Positions 10,924 to 21,400 of a DNA stretch of 64,000 nt are shown here, piece after piece; positions within the stretch are counted from its first letter, which is position 1, and each line of letters starts with the position of its first letter. This DNA comes from Ancylonema sp. (Eukaryota). The stretch lies in the NCBI GenBank assembly GCA_050230475.1, contig JBFLGF010000013.1:1-64000 (forward strand). Direction: 5' to 3'. The position numbers were made by a program, and so were the translations under genes. The notes under the pieces were generated by a model, which made no database searches, had not been told where the DNA came from, and saw only the letters and a program-made list of their open reading frames with translations.

Positions 10924-13900
10924 GCGCCCCTCCGGCTACACCAGCAAAGGCTATTTACCACGTGAGTGTGAGTGTGAGCGTGAGTGTGAGCGTGAGCGTG
11001 AGTGTGAGCGTGGTTTTCGAGAACAAGGTCTATCGGAGGATTGGGGGGAAGAAGAATGAGGAAGGAGGTCTCAGAGGTTCGTGATAGGCCATGTGGTCTG
11101 TTGACTTGTAAGCATGAGGGAGTAGAAGAGAAGATGGAAGCTGAGACTTAAGAGTGCTGAGGTGTCACACTGGATTGTGATACAATGTGAACAGTCTATG
11201 ATCTCTCCTCAAATAGACAAGTATGGTTATTGCTAAATCCTCCTCCATGTGATACCTAGGTGGTGAGGTGATTAGGATCAAGAGGGGTAGCATTAGATTG
11301 AACGATTGAGATGATGCCGATACAAAAGAAGAGACGAATGCCTCGGTGCGTTGCGTGCGAGTTGTTTGTCATGATTGATGCGTGAGACGTAGAAACTTGT
11401 GAAGATACTTCTCTTCTCATGGTGGAATTGAGCATACCTCGTTATCTCGAGTGAAGTATGCCAAGTCCCGTTCACACGTGAGAGGGACATCATGATACTC
11501 GGCAATGTTTGTTAACTAGTGTCCGCACGTGCCAAGCTCCACTCAACCTGCATCTAGCTTAGGCTGGACCACCCAATCTGGACTGGGCACCTCCAATTCG
11601 GTTACGATTTACCCCCAAACCCAGTTGGGCCTCCTCAGCTGGGTATGGCTCTTATGTTATGACAGAGACATGCATTTTTAAGGAAGACAATGCTGAAAGA
11701 CAATGGATACCCCATCCCAGTACAAGAACATGAAATCGAAGATACTACATATTCTGAAAAGCGTAACAATGAAAACGAACTGTCAAGGTTGACAAATTGA
11801 GCATAAGAGGCAAAGCTTGCATCAATACCCAACACCATAAAAGAAAGTGTAACTAGCAGGTGGAAGGGAGGTAACAAAGTCATAGAATGCTTTAGAAGGA
11901 AACTTACATGTATGGCGTTTCTGGTACGTGACGAAATTTTGATATGACGCTTGTCAAAGACGTTGTGATTGTACAGCGAGTGGTGCACTTTCACATGAAT
12001 CATGTTTTATGATTGTATCACGGGGAATCATTTCCACCCACAAATGAATCGTAAGCTTTTACAACGAATAGTCACACAACACGAAGTGTAAGAGCATATT
12101 AAACATTTTTTATAAGCTATGTTTCTTTTAACAACGTAACCCCATATCGACTATGTTAAGATAAATATTCTCAATCTACATTTTATACAAAGTCTGATAC
12201 ACATCAGGTACAAAGTCCTGTGGGTACATACCCACATATTGTATAACACTTCGGACCATGTGACAAATAATTTTTTCCGTATCAAGCTGCTACGCCGTAC
12301 CCAGATTGTATGTCTCTTGAGTCTGGGCTACCTATTGCTATCTTCACGCCCCTCAATCATTACACTTGCATAAATGTTGTAGTAAGCTTTTTGTGAATAG
12401 CCTTACTAGGAGGGCAACCACTGAATGCGTCATCATGGAAAGCGGCGAATCAATTCTCAAAATTGGCCAAATTCGTCAATACCACTCCAACATTGCTTTC
12501 TCCCATCTTCTCCGTGTTCACAACATTTCTTATCTAATACTGCCATCTCTCTACACAACCGCTTGGTGATTGGCTTGTGCTGTTCCAACAAAATCTTGCA
12601 CTCTTGACGCTCTTTCGACACCATCATTAGTGCTTCACTCAACTCCCTTTTCTTCATCCCTACTGCCTTTCTTGAGTTTTCCTTTTCGAGATAGCATCCA
12701 AAGCCTCCTTTGTTGCCGTGCTCTTTTCGGAAAGTTGACCCCATACTTGAACTTCCTTCAATTTCCCTTCTTTCACCTTCTCCACGCTGTTTTGAAAAAA
12801 TACTTAGAATAGCACCCTAGATGCTTTGAAACTGTCAGAATGTGCCCCCACACCATTGACATCATCCCCCTTACCCCCCTTCTCTTGAAGCTCCAAGCAT
12901 ACACTCCCGACCCCCCCCCCCCCCCCCCCCCTCCTCCTTCGCCTTCTCTGCCTCCACCTCCTTCTCCTCTTTCTCTCCACCTTCCACCTCTCTTCTGCTA
13001 TAAAATTATGTTGGGCGACAAATTTTTAATCCCCAATCCTAAAAAACCAACTCCACTCCAAATAGTGCTGCTCTGACATGCTGCACGAAGCCCCTGAAGG
13101 GCCGCATTTGACACAGTTTTCTCGTCGGCTAAGATGTAGGTCAGGATGTAATAGCGTCAGTGAAAGTAAAAGAAGTTGGGATGAGACCTTTCGGAGCTTA
13201 AATGATTGAGACTAATTCTCACACTTCTGCTAGAGATTTACAAACACAATTTGTTGGTGGGATTATAGATAATAATCATGCATTTCAGATTTTTGAAATA
13301 CGTCTACATGTAGTCACATATAGACGTATTTATATGTGTCTTTTTCTACCTTATCATTATTCAGGCCATCTCTGTCAGAAAAAACCTCGCCCCAACAACT
13401 GATGTAGTGCGATTCAACCACTCTGCAAAATCTTCGATGTGTAGTCCCTTGCAGCCACTGTACAACTTCGAATCCCGCCGACCTTCATGACTCCACTCAC
13501 CCGCAACTCGGTGTGGCCCATTTTCGGGAACAACGCTTTATACAACTTCTAGTGCTTCCGCATGACGTCCTGTAGATCCTGGATTTGACGTTTCCCATTG
13601 CTCTCAGTGCTCTTGACTTTGCGAAGGACCTTGCGCACCTCATGACCATTGATGGAGCTGAGTTCCCACTTTGAAAATGGTAACATCGTTATTATGATCA
13701 GAGGTTCATCGAAAGTGAAAGAATTTCTGGCTAGGAATGTGATGAGAAATGTTGGAATCAGAAAAACAACCACAGAAAATGTAATGTTGAATACACCAGA
13801 GACAGCAATCACCAGATGAGTTGGCGAAGGACGTCAATCAGAGCAATCCGTAATTTATTCGGCGCCACGGCCGGACAATCGGCCAGGAAAATAACGTCAG

Positions 13901-14566
13901 GAAGAATTACATGAGACGACGCATTGAGTTGTAGAAGGATAACAATTCACTCACTTTTGCCGCCATTAAAGCAGTACGAAGAGGGCACCGAAGCCTTAAA
14001 GAGCGGAGAGGATGTTTTGATGCTGGATGAGGTTACTATGAAGGTGGGGCAACTCCAAAAGTGGCGGAAGGCAGGATGTGGCGACAGAGCTGCAACATTT
14101 AGGGCTGCGTAAGACCGTCTCACCAGCAAGTTATCGAATGGCACGCAGCAACTATGTCTTGAGGGCAATTCTTCTTTACCCCGAGAATGATGTTAGATAC
14201 GGACACAGTCGTAAAAGCTGTATCTCTGTACGGTATTGCCGCGCGCGCGCGTCTAATATTTAGAATGGCGTGGCAGCTACGTCATTGCAGCCTGTGAGCT
14301 GTCTTTTTGATGCGATACCCATCACGGGTTCCTCCAACCGGTTCGTCTCCCCCCCGGGTCCCGCTTTGTCAACATTTCAGAAGGGCGAGGGAGGTTATCG
14401 GCAGAAATTGGGATTTTTCCGCAGTACTCGCAAAATGTACTCGTTACCATTGTCTCCGCATCTCATCGTCATGAGAAGTGTAATTACCCAGTCCATCTAG
14501 CATCTGGAAATCAGGTCTGGCATCCTCTCTCTTTATTCTTTCTGTATTTTTCTCGTCGAGTATTCC

Positions 14567-15756
14567 ATGGGTGGTCACGGTGGCCTGAATATTCTTCCAC
14601 AGAAGAGCTGGAATGTCTATAACTTTGACAATCGTGAAAAGGTGAAAGAAGATGAAGAGAAGGAAGCCGCCAGAGTCGAACAAGAAAGGCTTGAGCAGCA
14701 GCACAGAGATGCTGAAATCAGGAGAAATTTACTTCTCGATCGCGCGAAAGATCGTCGTTCATCCGGTTCAATCAAGGGGCAGGCTGGGAAGGAACCAAAA
14801 GCGCTTGAAGCGCCAGTGCAGGATGAGGAAAACGAGGACGGTGATAACCGCATTGTGAGCGTGGCTAGTTCGGCCCCGCCCGTACATATCAATCTATTTC
14901 AGGATATGGTGCCAATGGGAGACGCAACCAGAGGTGTTGCACACAAAAGCTTCAGACTAACGATTCCCGTCGAACCAAAGGCAGAAGACGTCAAGTATAG
15001 CTTGGGGTACGGAGCTGTGAGTGAGAAGGGAGAGAAGCCATGGTACCTAACGAAGCAGGTGATGCTGCCAGACGCTGAAGATAGCGGTCGGTCAAAAAAG
15101 AGAAGGAAAGACGGTGAGTGCTCCGCCTATGTTGCGGGGTCATGTCACAACTTTACTGAAGGAATTCAACTTACAGGAGGAGTTGCGAGGTGTAAATCCG
15201 GTCAGAAAATCCAATCACAGCAATGTTAAAGACCTTCTCCTCTTAAAGCTGATTTATGTTTAAATTCATAGCTTAGTTCTGAGGACCGACCTAGGAAGAC
15301 AGAGGCAAAAACACTACGCTTGTTACATATTCAAGCGCACATGTCAATGGTGTGTAGGACATCTGGCTCAGAGATTGACCTTGGGCGATGTTACTTCATG
15401 ATTGCTTGAAGATACCTGAGGTGGAGAGTGTAGGATAGTTTAAACCTTTCTTCTATTCACGGCCACCTTTGAGAGATATTTAGTTTGTGATTGAATTTTT
15501 GATGGCAGAGCAATCAAAACCACCGAAGAAGTTGCGCAAGACTGTGGAGGAGTTGAGGAACGAGCGCGTGAAGAGAGAGCAACAAGAAAGAGACCGCGCG
15601 AGGAAGGTGATGATTGGCCATGCGGCGTTTGCAGTAGTGACTGAAGGGAGGAAGTCGGGATTTGGGATGAGCACATGGGGAGCGGATGACTTAGTGCCAA
15701 AGGTTTCGAACGCAAAACCGAGAAGATACAATTCGGGTTTTGGACACGGGAGGTGA
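14567..15756 (+). CDS. CIR_N-domain protein, LENG1-like
   Basis: N-terminus MGGHGGLNILPQKSWNVYNFDNREKVKEDE. Exon 1 14567-15113 (G|GTGAG) joins exon 2 15509-15756 in frame, giving KTVEELRNERVKREQQER...YNSGFG. Confidence 0.85.
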
Positions 15757-18432
15757 CTAAAAGATAATGTCGCTTGCACTCACCAAGTGGACGTTCGTGA
15801 AGCTCCCCATTGTGCATAATCCTCAAAGTAGACTACGGCATCACCCAATGAGTTGCGAGCACTTCCATGCTGTAAATAGGAGCTCATACAACAAGCAGAA
15901 TGAATGTGAAACGTTTTATATTACTTTATTCTAAAATAATCTTTCATTGTGGGATTTATCTATTTCAAAGTCCACTCTTAATCATTGACATATGGCAGGC
16001 CACTAATAGCCTCCGACACGTCATGCTGGAAGTATGTTCATAATTGTTTATTTTTTTAATGAAGTTGGCCCTCACTGAGAAGCATACTCTTCCTACCTTT
16101 CTTTATCATTATCATGTTGGAAGAAGCACATGTCATTATCATTGCCGAAGAGTTCGCATGTACATTTTTTTTTGTTCTTTGATTCAAGTTTGCCATCATG
16201 TGGATCATGTCTCGCATGAAAAGTCGACCTCGATAGTCATGACCAAGTGATATGAAACACAATCACAACATCAAAGCTATAGACTCAGAGTTCTATTTAG
16301 ACTAGGCTTGTGAGTGGACTCCACTTCAGTACAAATGAAATACTTGAGGTTGTCACGAGCATGAGTTTAGTATAAAGTAAGCACGTAGGTTCCTCCTCAA
16401 AAAATCAATGGAGAAACACGACACGAGTGACAGAACAATGTCCCTTCAACATCATATTACTTTGCACAACTACTCGTTATTTACATCATGCACGACCGAG
16501 TCTGAATGCCATCGTCCTCAACGCAACACGATACACGCATGCCATTATTGGCACACATGGTCTAGCTTGTAGGGAAAAAATATATTTGGGCATGAATATG
16601 ATCACACATTGATATACAATGTATGTAGACAAAAGTGTACATCGACCAAAAGTACACGAACAAATTCACTTTCACAAGCTGGCTACACATCCATGAGAAT
16701 GTGCATAATACAAGGGTCGCTCGGATTCCTTCTTCAAAGAGCAAAGACAAGAAGGTGCGATTCCACACCTCATACCACATTTTTAACAATTCACAATTAT
16801 TGCTCATACTCATCTTCCCCATGTAACTTCGAGTAACCGCACCACAACTCCTGTACCTATTTTCATGTGTCACCTAGAAAATAACTCTCGATACTCCCAA
16901 AAAAACACTTTCCCTCTCCCACCTCGTGTAACATTCATTTTTGCAATTACACAAACAAAATTTTTGACACCCCCTGCTAATAAGGGCGTACAAATCAAAC
17001 ACGGCTAAATTCGACATATATATCGATACAAAGACTCGCCCAACCCTTGTACTGCCCAGTGTTAAGAAAATCATTCCCAATAAAACTTGGAACCACTCTA
17101 AACGCTTTCCTTAAGCCTTCATCATCACAACTTCCACTTGAACTCTGTCCACTCTTCGAATCATACTTCAACCACTCTAAGCTCTTAATGCAATCGCCAT
17201 CCATCCATGTCGACCAAGTTTCGTACAATGCTTCCCATTTCTCGCACTCGACATTCACACCCCTGCACCGACATCTTCCCCCCCTTCATCCATTCTCTCT
17301 TCCCCCTAAAACTTGCATGTGGGCAGACGGGCGGGTGGGCGGGTTGGTCGGGTGGGGCGGCATAACAAGGAGTCAGTACCTTTGTAGAGCTTCATGAATT
17401 CATAATATTTTCGGAACTTCATAAAAAATATGTTTGTTTTACGCAACTTGTAAGTATGAAAATGATCGAATTGGTGTAGAAAGAGAGAGTCGATCTTGAG
17501 TAAGCCCATATTTGTCTTTGTCTTCATATGTTACACATTTTTTTTGGAGCTGCGATTTCATTCGTGGTTAGAAAGCCGTTTTCCATGATCAAGAAACTGA
17601 TGTGTCGTTCTCAGCCTATGTTGTAATTATCGTGCCCTTTAACGCAATGCCATCAATGAAACGAAGAAATTGCAACATGTCTCTCCACACGCTCGAACTT
17701 ATTGCAATATCAACTATATGCACACGTGCCCGTTCACGCGTGTGATAGGACGGCATTTTTTTATTTTTAGATTTGCACATTCAAATTGTCATCATTCGCA
17801 GCTGTAAATTCGTGCGAAATGGCCGATACCAATCATGATATGACACTTTATGGCACTAGTGTGCCCCCTTCACCCACAACGTATTTTGTCATACTAAAAG
17901 CCATGGAAAGGGTATCGATACTACAATAATATTCAAGATTGCCTCTAGAGACGCAACCAAAGACAGGCATTTCGTATGCCGTACGATGTCATAGGTGTAG
18001 AGTCGAATCGGATACATATATTGTATGTTGGAGGTATTTCATGCGGAAGCATTTCATGCATCACAGGTTCGAGATTTACCACAATTTCTCCTTGGAAACG
18101 AACGCAAGCCAACACAAATGAGCACTACTGCATGCGAGGGCCTAGTCATTGATATGCCTGAGCCACGACACCCGGGGGGTTGGTAACACATAACCTCTGA
18201 TAAACAATAACCTCAACAACCTCTGACCCGACGCATCTCGTCACACACATTGGGAAGACGTTTCGATACACATGTTTGAGACATGTTTGAACCGAGCCAT
18301 ATCATTCCTCTCTGTTCCATATTGGACCGATTCGACTCCAAAATTTCACAAGTGTGACGGGTGTTGGCGAATGAACACATCACCAAACACACAATGACTT
18401 CACATTGTGTGTGGGGGAATGGGGATACATGA

Positions 18433-21400
18433 TCAAACAATCAACCTCTCCACTTTGCTTTCAATTGCATCTCCTACCCTCTCTCCTCCATCCTCCTCCT
18501 CCTCCTCCTCCTCTCCCTCTCCCTCCCCTCCCTCCTCATCGTTTTCATCCAACGGCCCCAGCACCCCCTCCCCACACCTTCCTTCCTTCAAGATCCGTTT
18601 CACTTCATCGATTCCTGCATCCGAGATTCGGTTCCCGTTCAGATTGAGCACTTTGATGCCCTCCAATTGGGCGACAGCTTGTGCCGCTGCCACCGCCCCC
18701 ACTCGCCCAACCTCGTTGCTGCTCAAATCCACCTCCTCCAACCACCTGCAACCCCCGCATGTGCGAACAAGTAAACACCACCAAATGTGGAACCCACATA
18801 CAACCCACTTACCCCCAACGATCAAGGCCACGACCATGGCAAAAGCATGCAATCCTTGTTACAAGCACACACTAAGCGATTCCGAAGCCCCTTTCGGTCT
18901 CGATACAAGCACACAACACCGCACCTGTGTCCGGCCCTGAGCCCTCGTACGAGCTGGACAACCCCCCCATCCCCCAGCTCGTTTTCGGCCACATTCAGTT
19001 TCCTCAGCTGCAGGAGCTGCCCCAGGCTGTGGCCCAGGGAGGGGGCGGCTGCTGCAGTGATGTCGTTTCCGGAAAGTTCCAGAACCTTCCAGAGGGGCAG
19101 GGGAGGGGGTGGGGAGGTTTGAGTGATAGTAAGGCACAGTCATAAGGGATGATGGTGCTGGTTTGTATACAAGGTTTCGCTTTCAACCCCTCTTATTAAA
19201 TGCTCTCGAGCCCGATTTAGGCAGAGAGGTGATGATGGGGGGCAGGGTGTCGAGTCATTTTCATTTTTTTTTGAGAAAGCAAAGCCATGAGGGGGATCTG
19301 CTGCTTCCTCATGTCCTACGCATGGTGAGGGACACACATAGGCACAATCGTCCTCAATATCGTCTGATCAGGTTTAAATTGAAAACGATATGTTATGTAT
19401 ATATATATGTATATATATATGATCCTATAATACAATTCATACATTCACAATATCAATGATGGATATATGTGCGAGAATAATACTTCATACCCATACTCGA
19501 ATACTGTGCGCTGTTCATCACCACTACATATATCTTGAAAATTCCCCAACCCCCCTCCTTTTCCTTTGTCAGTTGTGTGTGGGTGAGCACCTGGAGTGAG
19601 TTGGATGCCCCCTGTGCCACAGCAGCAGCCACGGCACTGGCTCCCGAATCCTTCAACCCTTCAAACATCACAGCCCACAAGGGGGCCACCTGTCATCATA
19701 CACCTATGGCTGCCTGGACGCCATAGCGGCACAGGCAAGTCAAGGCAGGTGCATATTGACTTGATTTGATTAGGGGTTGATTTTGGGGTTGACTTTGGGG
19801 TTGACTTTGTGAGCCACTTGAATTTCTAAAAAGTAGTCCGAAAGTGAGCTGTTAATTCCGGAGAATCTAATTCGAGCACCCCTGCGACAAATACGGTCCA
19901 GCCTCCGTAACCCCTCATATTGCATACAAGAGGGACCAGGTTCTGAACCCATTAGAGTTCAAAGCACGTGAACTTCCTCCACCCACCCTTCTCCCCCAGC
20001 CTCATTCTATGTTCCCACCCCACTCCCATCCCTTTTTTCTCAGTCCCAACCAGTGAGCAGTGAGCAGTGAGCAGTGAGCGAGTGAGTGATGCCTCACCTG
20101 TGTCGCTGAGGTAGAGATCGCACAACTGCGTGTGTGGACCCAGACCAGCCGCCAGGGCTTCCCCCACCCTCGGCCAAAACATGTTGTCTCTCAGATCCAC
20201 CTTCCTCAAACTACAGCCTGCACACCCCCCACCCCCCACCCCTAACCCATCCCTGAGCAGAGGGTTTCGTTTCGGGTAGAGTCTCGAAGTGGAGTATGAC
20301 ATCCAGTGTGGATTGGGGGGGTTTGGTTGCCTACCTGCACCCAGCGCGTGCGCCAGTGTCACGCCGCCATCTGTCCCCACCCGAGTGGAGGAGAAACGGA
20401 AGCTGTGGAGGTTGGGGGCAGCCTGAATCACGCGGGCAACCGCCTTTGCTCCCCCATCACCTGCACAGGTAGGGGTAGGGGTAGGGTTAGGGGTGGGGGT
20501 GGGGGTCGGGGTGTGGATATTAGACGAGAGGGGTTCGATTGGTGAAGCGGGGGAGGTGGGCGGGGGGGGGCAAATTGGGAGGTTGTCTATTCATTTTAGT
20601 GACCCTGAAGAGAAAGGCTGTTATTGGAAAAATAAGGAAATATCTGTCGTTAGGGTTTCCCCCCCGGATTTATGTTTTATTGTCACATTGGTGTTGTCTT
20701 TATTATTGATACTATCGTCATCGTCATCAACACCAATCGGTCAAGATGGACACAATTCGTACCGCTCTGGCCAAAAAAAATACATGTATGTCTTCACCTG
20801 ACGATGTATTTGTGCGTGTATGTGTATGTGAACGAACTGGTCACCTTATTTTTTTTTCACATTTCTCGAATCAGCTGTGTTTCTGAGCCGCAAAAAACTG
20901 AACCTTGCGTCCATCCCCTCCACAGCTACAACCTCTCCTTTCATTCTCTCACCCAAGGATAGTCAAACCCTCCACACTCCCTTCTTTTACTTTGGACATT
21001 CGAAAAATACTCCTACCACCCTGCTGCACCACACCGTCCTGTCAGCAAAACCTCCCAAAAATCATCATACAAACCCCATTCTCCCCCTCCCCAGTCCCCC
21101 CCTCCCAAAACCAAAAAAACCCTAAAAATATGGAAAACCCTGCTGAGCCCTAAAACACCACCCCTTCCTGCGTATAGATAAGTGGGTGTGGATCCTCCTT
21201 GACCCCCCCCCGGCGGTCTCACCGCTCATGTTGTTGAAGAAATGGAGAGTTTCCAGTTCCGCTCCGCTGGGCAGCAGCTCGCGGATGGCCTCTGCAGCCT
21301 CCACAGAGATGCCGTTGTTGCAAAAAAAAAGGTGCTTTATGCTCATCTGAAAACAAGGAAAACCCGAGTGACAGGGTTTTAGGGTTTTAGGGTTTTAGGG

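Larger units (their letters stand above)
7840..13355 (+). repeat. Direct segmental duplication: copy A ~7840-10417, copy B ~10419-13355
   Basis: Collinear similarity across exons and downstream non-coding DNA. Copy B has an extra ~0.2 kb at about 11720-11930. The junction is a single N. Confidence 0.9.

Noticed and set aside
13400..14263. Short ORFs 13549-13812 (-) and 13924-14112 (+)
   Set aside because: No recognisable motif or splice structure.
16560..17260. Minus-strand ORF fragments, possibly a TE relic
   Set aside because: No diagnostic domain recognised.
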